The notes under the pieces were generated by a model, which did no database searches, had not been told where the DNA came from, and saw nothing but the letters and a program-made list of their open reading frames with translations. Both the position numbers and the translations under genes were made by a program. From the IMG/VR virus record IMGVR_UViG_3300042691_042551, positions 1 through 64,000 of that record: 64,000 nucleotides of DNA; one strand, given 5' to 3'. The DNA is from a virus. This document shows, piece by piece, positions 1 to 8,273 of this stretch (its first letter is position 1; each line of letters begins with the position of its first letter).

Positions 1-82
1 ATTTATATTTGTTTTAAGTTAAAAATTTTTATTTATAAATCCTTGCCTTCGCAAGTTTGCCGAACGTTAGCAGAAATAAAAA

Positions 83-334
83 TTATTCCGTGATACCTAA
101 CGCAATTTTTTGTTCTTCGGTCAATATATCGCCATATTTCTCAATTATCTCTTTTGGTGTAAGGTGTTCTATTTTCACACCAAAAATTGCTTCTTTTTGC
201 TTGTCGGTTAATGGGTCTGGATATTTAATGTTTAATTCTTCCATAATAATTTTTACTATCAAATTAAATTTAGTGCTGATAAACCGCCCAGCAGGTAATA
301 GCAAATAAGCTAAATGATTTGAAACCATTCCCAA
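83..334 (-). CDS. small hypothetical protein (start uncertain; may begin at MEELNIK, 244)
   Basis: ORF co-oriented with the minus-strand gene run; no motif recognised. Confidence 0.4.
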   Translation of the reverse strand: MGMVSNHLAYLLLPAGRFISTKFNLIVKIIMEELNIKYPDPLTDKQKEAIFGVKIEHLTPKEIIEKYGDILTEEQKIALGITE

Positions 335-415
335 ATCAAAATACTTATTCCTATTGCAATCAGTATTTTTAATGTTATTTCTATTTTCTTAATCATCACT
401 TCATTTATGTGTAAT

Positions 416-691
416 TTAATTAAGTATTTGTTCGGTTCTCCATTCTTCTTTCCACCTAGTCCAATAAAATTGGTATGACCAACCATCATCAAAAACTTTT
501 CTTCTTGAATAATATTTTCGTTCTAATATTTTTACTCTTTTTAACCAACGAAACTTTGAGTTTATCCAAATGGGTAAAAACGCAAACAATTCACGTTGTT
601 TTGTGATATTTGTTTTTCTTACTTCGTAATCATAGTTACATTCAACATCACTCGCTTTAAATGTTTCAATAATTTTTTCTTCGTTTTCCAT
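416..691 (-). CDS. hypothetical protein
   Basis: 91-aa ORF abutting the upstream gene; 'FAFLPIWINSKFRWL' resembles small phage proteins. Confidence 0.65.
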   Translation of the reverse strand: MENEEKIIETFKASDVECNYDYEVRKTNITKQRELFAFLPIWINSKFRWLKRVKILERKYYSRRKVFDDGWSYQFYWTRWKEEWRTEQILN

Positions 692-692
692 A

Positions 693-971
693 TCAAAATT
701 TAAAAGATTCGCGTGCCTTAGTTAAAAACTCAATCATATCATCAATAGATTTTTTGCTTGTAAGTTGGGCATCATTTATAATAATTCTATCAACATAATG
801 GGATACAGTTGAGTTTTTCATATCATCATCCATTTGATCGGATTTGTATGTTTTCCATCTGCTGTACCAGGTTGTTGATTTAATTTTGCCATCTATTCCA
901 TTAGATTCTTCAATCTCATTGTTTAGATAATTGATTTGTAGTTCCATATCTTTATTAAAATGTATAGCCAA
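693..971 (-). CDS. hypothetical protein
   Basis: Tightly packed minus-strand ORF. Confidence 0.6.
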   Translation of the reverse strand: MAIHFNKDMELQINYLNNEIEESNGIDGKIKSTTWYSRWKTYKSDQMDDDMKNSTVSHYVDRIIINDAQLTSKKSIDDMIEFLTKARESFKF

Positions 972-1260
972 GGGCCTTTCTAACCTTTTTGCTTAAGCTT
1001 TTGCTGTATTTGTTTCCGCTTGGCACTCCTGAATATCCATTTATTCTGTCGGGTATCCATGCACCTGAAAGTACTAACTGGTCGGCAAACTTTTCAATGG
1101 TGTTTTGTAGTGAGTACATAGTTGTTTCGGGATTATCTTGTATGAATGTATTTGTGTCAGCTACAATTTTTGTCCGCAATTTTTCAAATTGTTGCTCGTG
1201 TTTTTTCATCCTTGCTGTATATTGAGCAGTTGTCATTTTTGTTTTTCTTTTGGTATTCAT
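955..1260 (-). CDS. hypothetical protein
   Basis: 101-aa ORF overlapping the next gene, ATG preceded by an AT-rich leader. Confidence 0.65.
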   Translation of the reverse strand: MNTKRKTKMTTAQYTARMKKHEQQFEKLRTKIVADTNTFIQDNPETTMYSLQNTIEKFADQLVLSGAWIPDRINGYSGVPSGNKYSKSLSKKVRKALGYTF

Positions 1261-1303
1261 AACAATATTATTGTTTATCTATCAATTTTACAAAAAATAG
1301 TAT

Positions 1304-1333
1304 AAAAAAAGGGCAACCTAAGCTGCCCTTTTT
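1304..1333 (-). terminator. intrinsic terminator (probably bidirectional)
   Basis: A7-GGGCA-loop-TGCCC-T5, directly downstream of 1351..1716. Confidence 0.7.
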
Positions 1334-1350
1334 AAAATATTCTTTTTGTT

Positions 1351-1716
1351 TTATTCCCGCCTAATCTGTATTACCTGCGATGGTGAAATGCTTTTGATGC
1401 CGTAACTATTCTCATAAATACTGTAACTTGTTGAGGATTGCCCGGTACTTCGAATAATTGTAGTTGTCGGTAGAACTTCGGGTATTCCATAATTTGTTTT
1501 ATAGATCGAATATTCATTGGTTCCCGTCTTTCGAACTACTTTATCGGGCGAAATGTTCTTTAAGCCATAGGTAGTTGAGTAAATCGAGATTTCTTTTGCA
1601 TCAGACTTATCTATTGTCGTGACAATAGAGGTTTCGTCAAGGCTCTGAGCGATTACCTTGTTTTCGAACATTGCCCCCAGGGCAAGTGCGAAAAGAAAAA
1701 AGATTAACTTTTTCAT
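1351..1716 (-). CDS. secreted protein with Sec signal peptide and three internal YSIY..YG repeats
   Basis: MKKLIFFLFALALGA...IAQ N-terminus; repeats ISIYSTTYGL, YSIYKTNYGI, YSIYENSYGI. Confidence 0.75.
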   Translation of the reverse strand: MKKLIFFLFALALGAMFENKVIAQSLDETSIVTTIDKSDAKEISIYSTTYGLKNISPDKVVRKTGTNEYSIYKTNYGIPEVLPTTTIIRSTGQSSTSYSIYENSYGIKSISPSQVIQIRRE

Positions 1717-1735
1717 AAATTCAAATTTATAATAT

Positions 1736-1873
1736 CTATTCTAAATTTTCGGTATCTAAATCAAAATCTTCGCTTCCGCATCGTGGACATGATTCATAGG
1801 TTTCGTCACCATCAGTATCATCAGCCCTTTCAGGGTTGCTAAATTTGTGATTACAATTATTGCAGCAGTACAT
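1736..1873 (-). CDS. 45-aa zinc-ribbon protein (not in the ORF track)
   Basis: Manual translation MYCCNNCNHKFSNPERADDTDGDETYESCPRCGSEDFDLDTENLE*; CxxC...CPxCGS; fills the gap between neighbouring genes. Confidence 0.7.
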   Translation of the reverse strand: MYCCNNCNHKFSNPERADDTDGDETYESCPRCGSEDFDLDTENLE

Positions 1874-1876
1874 CGT

Positions 1877-2359
1877 TTAGATGTTTTCAGATACAAACTT
1901 GTCAAGCAATAAGAGGTTTTCTTTTATAACCTCATTAACATGCCGTGTTTTGTGAATAATTGAATATAGGTTTGTGCTGTCAACTTCATCTGTTGCCATA
2001 TTTAATGGCTCTGCAATATTGATTCCTTCTATCTTTTTGCTGATTTTGTTTGCCACTTCGGTTAACAAATATTTTACTTGTTCCGTGAGCTGATAGTTGT
2101 GGATTGCATTGCTAGTTAAATAGCCAGCTTCAAGGGTCGATTTAGAAATTTCTTTAGAAACCTCTTCAGCAACCTTAGCGTTTTGTTGATTGGTTTCAAT
2201 CTTGCTTTTAATCTGATTTGAAATTGAGTTAAGGGCAATTACTTCCTCTTCTTTAGTTACAGGAACATACCTGCTTCCTTTCAGTTTAAGGATTTGTCCT
2301 TGTTTGATTGAGTAAGCTACAGTTTCAATCTTTGCTTTTTTAGTTTTTAATTTTGCCAT
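1877..2359 (-). CDS. hypothetical protein
   Basis: 160-aa ORF overlapping the upstream gene. Confidence 0.7.
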   Translation of the reverse strand: MAKLKTKKAKIETVAYSIKQGQILKLKGSRYVPVTKEEEVIALNSISNQIKSKIETNQQNAKVAEEVSKEISKSTLEAGYLTSNAIHNYQLTEQVKYLLTEVANKISKKIEGINIAEPLNMATDEVDSTNLYSIIHKTRHVNEVIKENLLLLDKFVSENI

Positions 2360-2588
2360 TTTTTTTGTTTTTTAGGGTTTTTCTATATGCTATTTTTTCT
2401 ATTAGTGCTGTAAGCAATATTAGCGTTATAATTGATAATGAGGTTACAACATTTCTGGTTGTTTCATTCCATTGTCTAGGGGATTGCCCTGTCCATAGGT
2501 AAGCAACGTAGTAATAGGAGCATATGATAAAGATTATCAATGCACCAATAACAACATTTTCGAATTTGCTATATTTTTTATAATTCAT
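2340..2588 (-). CDS. small membrane protein (2 TM helices)
   Basis: Hydrophobic stretches VVIGALIIFIICSYYYVAYLW and VVTSLSIITLILLTALI. Confidence 0.65.
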   Translation of the reverse strand: MNYKKYSKFENVVIGALIIFIICSYYYVAYLWTGQSPRQWNETTRNVVTSLSIITLILLTALIEKIAYRKTLKNKKNGKIKN

Positions 2589-2612
2589 GTGGCAATTATG
2601 CTATTATTTTTT

Positions 2613-2643
2613 AAAAAAGCAAGCGGATTTCTCCGCCTGCTTT
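2613..2643 (-). terminator. intrinsic terminator
   Basis: Minus strand GCAGGCGGA-GAAA-TCCGCTTGC followed by T6, after 2659..3342. Confidence 0.75.
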
Positions 2644-2658
2644 AAATAGAACTATTGA

Positions 2659-3342
2659 CTAAAAGGGCAAATCATCGTTTATCGCTACTAGCGAAACCAT
2701 TTCAGATACGCCAGCAAGAGCTTCCTCAGCCATTTGTTCATTTTTGCTTTTAGCCGTGGCTGGTTCTTGTTGTGCGTTACTGGGTTCGCTTTTGGGGCGA
2801 ATATGCACTTTTCTATCATCACCCATATACAGGGTAAATGATATTTTGGAATCAGTGCTGTAAATACGCATTGGTAGTTTCATACCTTTTGCGATATTTT
2901 CCTCAATAGCCGTTTTACGATCGGTAGGTACCAGTTCGGCATAGTTTATCTTAGAGCTTTGAACAACCATAGGGGTTTTCATGTCAGCCATAAGTATTGG
3001 CCGGCCCGAATTATCTCTGGCAATTTCAAAGTCTTTGTTGGAAACATAGCACATGAACATGTATCCTTTAAGACTTTCATCACTGTAAGGGATGTATATA
3101 CCCTTTTCATGAGCGCAATACCGCTTTCCGTCAGGCTCAGCTTTGCCAGCAAAACCTTTGTGAACGTGAATGTACAAATCGGATGCGTGGATGGTACCAA
3201 TACGCTTATGCGATTCTTTGATACTTCCAATCATTTCCGTGTTTTCGGTTTTCAGTTCGATTACGGCCATGTTAGCAATTTTACCTGAGTTAAGAAATGC
3301 GAATACGGCAAAAGCCTTTTGTTTTTTTTCAGTTGTTGACAT
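2659..3342 (-). CDS. putative single-stranded DNA-binding-like protein
   Basis: Beta-rich N-terminal domain, low-complexity linker, SSB-type C-terminal tail NDDLPF. Confidence 0.55.
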   Translation of the reverse strand: MSTTEKKQKAFAVFAFLNSGKIANMAVIELKTENTEMIGSIKESHKRIGTIHASDLYIHVHKGFAGKAEPDGKRYCAHEKGIYIPYSDESLKGYMFMCYVSNKDFEIARDNSGRPILMADMKTPMVVQSSKINYAELVPTDRKTAIEENIAKGMKLPMRIYSTDSKISFTLYMGDDRKVHIRPKSEPSNAQQEPATAKSKNEQMAEEALAGVSEMVSLVAINDDLPF

Positions 3343-3401
3343 AATTAAATTAATGGATTAAATTGTATCTATTGGTGGTTAGTGTTCTATTGGTTTTATA
3401 C

Positions 3402-3794
3402 CTAAAACTTAGGTTTTATGGTATTTACCTTTATCTCTGGCATTTCTGTTGACGGGTTTTGAGGCTGATTATCGCCAATAATGTTTTTGCTTTTATTGGT
3501 TTCAGGAGGGATATTTCCCTCTGGCGCTGATTCAACCTTATCGGGTTCATTTTTGGGATAAATGCTTTCTTTAACCTTTGTCATGTAGGTAATGTACTCC
3601 TTGTTTTGGATAACACCGTACCTTGGATAGATTAATAGAAACGTTTTTTCTACTTCCTGACGGGCTTCTTGAATTTTCTGTTCAAGAGTTTTGCCAGGAT
3701 CTTCAGAAAGCATTACTTCTACTTCCTGCTTTTCGTTTGCATAATTGGCCATTGGGATTGTGCGGCCGATGGTGATTTTTGTGATTTTGGTCAT
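3402..3794 (-). CDS. hypothetical protein
   Basis: N-terminus 'GRTIPMANYANEKQEVEV' looks like a common small phage domain; function unknown. Confidence 0.7.
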   Translation of the reverse strand: MTKITKITIGRTIPMANYANEKQEVEVMLSEDPGKTLEQKIQEARQEVEKTFLLIYPRYGVIQNKEYITYMTKVKESIYPKNEPDKVESAPEGNIPPETNKSKNIIGDNQPQNPSTEMPEIKVNTIKPKF

Positions 3795-3877
3795 ACCGTT
3801 TAATAAAATTAGGTATCTATTGTTTATTTATTACTGCCATATAAATAATGGCAATGCTTTTAGCCCATTACAGCTAT

Positions 3878-4330
3878 TTATTTAGCTTTGGGGGTATTAT
3901 TATCGACCTTTTGTGTTTGGCGCTGTCTTTTCATTACCAAAACACCTGTAGGCACATCATTTTTGAGCATACCCATAACAGCTTTAAAGACATTAGGGTG
4001 GACACCGATTTTAATAACCATTGCTTTTTTGAATGAATCGGTAGGTGTAAACCTCACGGGGAATCTTAGTGCGCCCATATCTTCAACGGTTGTGGAGTTA
4101 TTAGCGATATAATATCGATAACCGTAGCCTTTGGCTTGTTCTGCAGTATTAACAATACTGAGTGGGTCGTGGTAGTTGTGCTTTTCAGCAAGCATACTGA
4201 CCACTGCGCCAAGGTATTCCTTGTCTTTAAGGTACTTGTCCTTTTGCTGTTTAAGGATCATTTGTTCATGTTCATGAATCTGTGCCAGTTTAGTTTCGGC
4301 AAACGGTGTGTTTTTAACTTGATTGTTCAT
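3878..4330 (-). CDS. hypothetical protein
   Basis: 150-aa ORF with an A-rich leader. Confidence 0.7.
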   Translation of the reverse strand: MNNQVKNTPFAETKLAQIHEHEQMILKQQKDKYLKDKEYLGAVVSMLAEKHNYHDPLSIVNTAEQAKGYGYRYYIANNSTTVEDMGALRFPVRFTPTDSFKKAMVIKIGVHPNVFKAVMGMLKNDVPTGVLVMKRQRQTQKVDNNTPKAK

Positions 4331-4356
4331 TGTTTTAATTAAAATTTAAAGGGTGA

Positions 4357-4749
4357 TTAATCTATCATGTATTTGGTTGGTATTCTAACGACAAGGTTGT
4401 TTATCTTGTCGCCTTTATACTCGTTTTTGACAACAAATGTGCTATTGAACTTCATAATACACTTAACTTCATCTTCACCGAAGACAACTGTGGCCCATTC
4501 AATACCAATATTGAGGTCTTTTATCAATAATGGTGTGTCACGGTCTTTACTTCTAATGGTTTTTGTAATTGTATCTATGTTTTCTCTAACAATTCTGAAT
4601 ACCTTTTCAATGGCATCATTTTTTTCCAGCTTATTTGTTCCTTTAAGTCGTTTATGTTCCGAAAGGAATTCATCGGTTATAAATTGATAGAGAGTGGCTA
4701 GGAGCATAGCATTTGCATTTGGTCCCATTGTGTTTTTAATTTCTAACAT
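4357..4749 (-). CDS. hypothetical protein
   Basis: 130-aa ORF in the operon-like run. Confidence 0.7.
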   Translation of the reverse strand: MLEIKNTMGPNANAMLLATLYQFITDEFLSEHKRLKGTNKLEKNDAIEKVFRIVRENIDTITKTIRSKDRDTPLLIKDLNIGIEWATVVFGEDEVKCIMKFNSTFVVKNEYKGDKINNLVVRIPTKYMID

Positions 4750-4760
4750 GGTTTTAATGG

Positions 4761-5084
4761 TTAATCGTTAACAATATGGATATCTAGGAGTGTGTATTCG
4801 GTGAATACGGATCTGGAGTTAACTGTAGCTATATGGAAATACTTTTGAGGTTTTCCTATTCTATCTGTAATTTCGATAGAGGCTACTAGAATGGAATGGT
4901 TTTTACCTGCAACAGTTAGTTGTATGTATTGGTCGCTATCTTTTAAGGGATATACACCTATCCATAGTTCTATCTGTGTGTTTTTACAGCGGAAATACTG
5001 TTCACTCTTACAGGCCATAGCCCTGTCCTTTACCTGCGATAGCAGCCCTTCTGCCATTACAAGGATTAATTCTTTTGTCGTCAT
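4761..5084 (-). CDS. hypothetical protein
   Basis: ATGA overlap with 5081..5404. Confidence 0.65.
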   Translation of the reverse strand: MTTKELILVMAEGLLSQVKDRAMACKSEQYFRCKNTQIELWIGVYPLKDSDQYIQLTVAGKNHSILVASIEITDRIGKPQKYFHIATVNSRSVFTEYTLLDIHIVND

Positions 5085-5404
5085 TTCAAACCACCCCCAT
5101 TCCCCAAGGTATCAATACCCTTTAACATAGGATGCTCCAACTCCCCCCTACTCTCCATCTCCCTCATAGTGTCAAACAAGCCCTTACCTCCCTTCTTTAC
5201 CCAATTACCCTTAGGCTCATCCATTACTACTGGATTAACTACCTTAACCCTCTTCCTGTCCTCTAACCCTTCTAAGGTAATACCAGTATCACTACGATAC
5301 AATAATGGCTTAATACGTGACCTGCGCTTTTTTGGATTAAGCTTAACCCCATCTAAACCCAGCCCTGCTGAATTCTCGATAGATACTCTGTTCAAATGCT
5401 TCAT
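5081..5404 (-). CDS. basic, Gly-rich hypothetical protein
   Basis: 107-aa ORF coupled to the downstream gene; unusually G-rich coding strand. Confidence 0.6.
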   Translation of the reverse strand: MKHLNRVSIENSAGLGLDGVKLNPKKRRSRIKPLLYRSDTGITLEGLEDRKRVKVVNPVVMDEPKGNWVKKGGKGLFDTMREMESRGELEHPMLKGIDTLGNGGGLK

Positions 5405-5527
5405 GGCATTGATGTTTATTATTTATTACGGAACTACCCGTTTACACGGCATTTAGGAAAAAAAATTGGTATTGAATTCGGATGAATACCAAAAAAAGGA
5501 TATAATTGCTGACCAATTATAGATAAA

Positions 5528-5767
5528 ATGGAATACGGAACGATACTAAAGCAGCTACGGAAGAGTAGCGGTAAGAGCGCATCGGAGGTTGCACGTCATT
5601 GTGGGGTAACGGCCAATACGATATACAACATAGAGAAAAGCAAGGCCGATGGCTCATACGGTCTTGTGTCAAGCTATTTGTCCTGCCTTGGGTTATCACT
5701 GGTAATAGTGCCAGATACAAGTTTGGAGCTTGCAAGAAAACTAAAGATTGGAAAATCAGACACATAG
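5528..5767 (+). CDS. XRE/Cro-family helix-turn-helix regulator
   Basis: 'ILKQLRKSSGKSASEVARHCGVTANTIYNIEK' is a typical HTH_XRE pattern. Confidence 0.85.
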   Translation: MEYGTILKQLRKSSGKSASEVARHCGVTANTIYNIEKSKADGSYGLVSSYLSCLGLSLVIVPDTSLELARKLKIGKSDT

Positions 5768-5991
5768 AGAGTTTTTTTGTAATGGTGTTGACTGTCCGGA
5801 ATTAGTTTTGTAGGATTGTTGGCTCAAAGGCAGCTCAAGGAGCAATACTAAGGGAGTGTTACCAACGCTTCTGGTGGGTGACAGATACACGGAGTATGCT
5901 ATTTGGATCATGGCAGCCTGTTAAATGTTATGTATGGACGCATGACACTATCCTATAACAGCCAACTCAGTTCGATTCCTGACGGGAAATG

Positions 5992-6050
5992 TTGGTCAGG
6001 TGTTATTCACCTGTTAGGGGTTAGGGGTGCATGACACCTTACCTGACCAA
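5992..6050. other. long stem-loop between convergent genes (terminator or part of an ncRNA)
   Basis: Perfect 10-bp arms TTGGTCAGGT/ACCTGACCAA, with an alternative inner pairing GGTGTTAT/ATGACACC. Confidence 0.55.
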
Positions 6051-6058
6051 TCTAATTC

Positions 6059-6319
6059 TCAAACCTTCAAGGAAATGGTATTGCTGTTGTTTCTTATTGG
6101 CTTATATTCTCTACCCATTATTGAATAGGATGAATAGAATATTGTACTATTAGGTATTAAACCTAAATTGTATAATTCAGCATCAATAAGATTAGTTACT
6201 TTAGCTCTAAACCATTTTAAGGGTATATGGTCACTACAGTGACATTCTACCTGTATGGCAACCAGAGGACCGGAAAGGCCCCCTGGTTTTGTTGTTTTAG
6301 ACGTTACGGATACGTACAT
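6059..6319 (-). CDS. hypothetical protein
   Basis: Starts 2 nt after the stop of the upstream gene. Confidence 0.55.
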   Translation of the reverse strand: MYVSVTSKTTKPGGLSGPLVAIQVECHCSDHIPLKWFRAKVTNLIDAELYNLGLIPNSTIFYSSYSIMGREYKPIRNNSNTISLKV

Positions 6320-6321
6320 GG

Positions 6322-6597
6322 CTATTTAAAATCTAATTGTTGAAGATCTTTAATTGGATAGCCATCTACTTTGACAAAGGATACCGGGCCCGAATACACG
6401 GCTGATATCTTAAGCATTTCGTCAAGGTACTTATCAAATTGGCTTTTAGAACAAACAAATGAATTGTTGTTTCTTTTGGCTAATTCAAAAGCATTACGCC
6501 TTGTTGCGGTTCCGTAAACGATTAGAGAACCTTCTTTCTTCAGGACTACCAAGTTTTCTGATGCGCCTGATTTGTTGATTACATTTATGTTTTTCAT
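6322..6597 (-). CDS. hypothetical early protein
   Basis: ATG lies 10 nt downstream of a conserved inverted-repeat motif. Confidence 0.75.
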   Translation of the reverse strand: MKNINVINKSGASENLVVLKKEGSLIVYGTATRRNAFELAKRNNNSFVCSKSQFDKYLDEMLKISAVYSGPVSFVKVDGYPIKDLQQLDFK

Positions 6598-6607
6598 GAC
6601 CTATTGT

Positions 6608-6629
6608 GGCTTAATATGGTAAGCCTTAC
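6608..6629 (-). repeat. motif A copy 1 (plus strand GGCTT-N8-AAGCCTTAC)
   Basis: Seen directly; 6591..6633 matches 6994..7036 with one mismatch. Confidence 0.9.
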
Positions 6630-6631
6630 CA

Positions 6632-7000
6632 TTAGTTGTTTTTGTTTAATTGTGTTGATAATTCTGCTTCCCATTTATCTGTTAATACTGCAAGTTTGAA
6701 GATGCCACTGCAACCGGCTAAACGAATATGGCCTTTAATTACGCCTTGCTCTACCAATACATCAGCAATTCCTTCATTCTCTGAATAGTCTTTAATAACA
6801 AGTAGAGGAAATTCAGGATATCTGCTTTCAGATGGTGTGTCTCTCCAAATCGTTTTCCAATGATCAGGAATGTATTTGGTAATTTCCATGTAAGGTTCGT
6901 GAGTTGATAGTTCAACTGCAGTCAAACAAAATGTTTTGTTCAACAAAATGTCAAGCACTAAATAGCACTCAACGCCATTAATCATAATTGTTTTTTTCAT
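6632..7000 (-). CDS. hypothetical protein, DUF4313-like
   Basis: 'HEPYMEITKYIP...IKDYSENEGIADVLVEQGVI' resembles phage DUF4313-type proteins (recalled, not searched). Confidence 0.6.
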   Translation of the reverse strand: MKKTIMINGVECYLVLDILLNKTFCLTAVELSTHEPYMEITKYIPDHWKTIWRDTPSESRYPEFPLLVIKDYSENEGIADVLVEQGVIKGHIRLAGCSGIFKLAVLTDKWEAELSTQLNKNN

Positions 7001-7003
7001 GAC

Positions 7004-7393
7004 CTATTGTGGCTTAATATGGCAAGCCTTACCATTGTTTTTTATTCTTTCTTTAAGCTCTTTAATCCTTGTGGAATCAAAGCATTGTATAAAACCATTT
7101 TCCACATCTATTTTAATGAATGCACATGTGTAAGAGTTTAATACTCCATCTACCAATTTGATACCAAATACCTCGTTTATGAATTTAGCGTTTGATGACC
7201 ATTCACCACCATGGCCAGGTCGGTTGTTAGGGTTTTTGGACATTATTCCAAAAGTATACCAACGGAATGCACCATCCCTGTAAAATCTTAATCTAACTTC
7301 ATCTCCGTTAGGCATTTGTTTTGTAAAGTTTTCTACAAAGTATTCATTCCAGTTTGAACCAATGTAGTCATGTTTGATATCTATTTTTTTCAT
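7004..7393 (-). CDS. hypothetical early protein
   Basis: 129-aa ORF; its C-terminus reads through motif A copy 2. Confidence 0.75.
   Translation of the reverse strand: MKKIDIKHDYIGSNWNEYFVENFTKQMPNGDEVRLRFYRDGAFRWYTFGIMSKNPNNRPGHGGEWSSNAKFINEVFGIKLVDGVLNSYTCAFIKIDVENGFIQCFDSTRIKELKERIKNNGKACHIKPQ
7011..7032 (-). repeat. motif A copy 2
   Basis: GGCTT-aatatggc-AAGCCTTAC. Confidence 0.9.
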
Positions 7394-7403
7394 GTTTCTA
7401 TTT

Positions 7404-7425
7404 GGCTTGATTTGGCAAGCCTTAC
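7404..7425 (-). repeat. motif A copy 3
   Basis: GGCTT-gatttggc-AAGCCTTAC. Confidence 0.85.
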
Positions 7426-7460
7426 CATTGTTTTTTATTAACTGATAGCGACATTGCTAT

Positions 7461-7516
7461 CATTGTTCCCCTGCACTCCGCAAAGAGTGTTACAGCCATT
7501 TGGCCCAAGGGAAAAA
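7461..7516. repeat. 56-bp direct repeat B, copy 1
   Basis: cattgttcccctgcactccgcaaagagtgttacagccatttggcccaagggaaaaa, identical to 7873..7928. Confidence 0.95.
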
Positions 7517-7522
7517 AGAAGA

Positions 7523-7837
7523 TTAAGAAAGCATCATAGGATTATACCTAAGTACAGTTCTTTCTTGAGGTAAAAAACCGCTAATCTCGTTTTCAACCTC
7601 TCCAACATCAACCCAATCCCCAAGGTCGATAGAATAGGTTGATGAATATTTTCTATCATTTACTTTCATAATGCATTTAATAAATGCACAAGTAGAACTA
7701 TTTGACGCAATTTCAAACCCAATGATTTCATCAGGCGGGAAAAGCTCCATAATAGAGGCAAATACTTTTTTGCCTAATTCTTTGTTGACGTAAGTTCTTA
7801 GAACCCACGATTCAATAACTGCATTAAATTGTACCAT
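7523..7837 (-). CDS. hypothetical protein flanked by direct repeats B
   Basis: 104-aa ORF between the two 56-bp repeats. Confidence 0.7.
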   Translation of the reverse strand: MVQFNAVIESWVLRTYVNKELGKKVFASIMELFPPDEIIGFEIASNSSTCAFIKCIMKVNDRKYSSTYSIDLGDWVDVGEVENEISGFLPQERTVLRYNPMMLS

Positions 7838-7872
7838 ATTCTAATTGTGCCTAATCAATTGGTCATAGGACA

Positions 7873-7928
7873 CATTGTTCCCCTGCACTCCGCAAAGAGT
7901 GTTACAGCCATTTGGCCCAAGGGAAAAA
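7873..7928. repeat. 56-bp direct repeat B, copy 2
   Basis: Identical to 7461..7516. Confidence 0.95.
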
Positions 7929-7930
7929 CT

Positions 7931-8263
7931 TTAGTTGAAATAAGTATCAACTAAAGCTTTGTCTTGACAAGCTTTACGCAACTGGTAAACTTGCTCTTCT
8001 TTTCTTTTGCGAGCTTCTTCTTTTCTTTTGCGAGCTTTCTCAAACTTGCCAATGATTTTAATCTCTGGCGTTTCATCAGCCTTGTCAAACGCACAAAGAA
8101 TAAGAGAAACAACTACACACATAACTGATATGCCAAAGAACATGACATAATCATTACGATGTAGATTAAGAGGATGCCAACCACCAACAGGTGTAGCAAG
8201 CATTACAAGAAGCATAAGAACTACTGATACTACAAGTATCACAACGTTTCTGGTCTTTACCAT
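7931..8263 (-). CDS. membrane protein (2 TM) with basic tail; first gene of the minus-strand run
   Basis: Two hydrophobic segments; ARKRKEE duplicated. Confidence 0.7.
   Translation of the reverse strand: MVKTRNVVILVVSVVLMLLVMLATPVGGWHPLNLHRNDYVMFFGISVMCVVVSLILCAFDKADETPEIKIIGKFEKARKRKEEARKRKEEQVYQLRKACQDKALVDTYFN
7995..8036. repeat. 21-bp in-frame tandem duplication
   Basis: tcttcttttcttttgcgagct x2. Confidence 0.9.
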
Positions 8264-8273
8264 AACTAGACAT

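Noticed and set aside
5900-5990. tRNA suggested by GTTCGATTCC
   Set aside because: I could not build an acceptor stem or anticodon arm, and the T-stem register is off by one; kept only as part of a possible structured RNA
7995-8036. 21-bp tandem duplication as a regulatory element
   Set aside because: In-frame coding duplication (ARKRKEE x2), most simply explained by slippage
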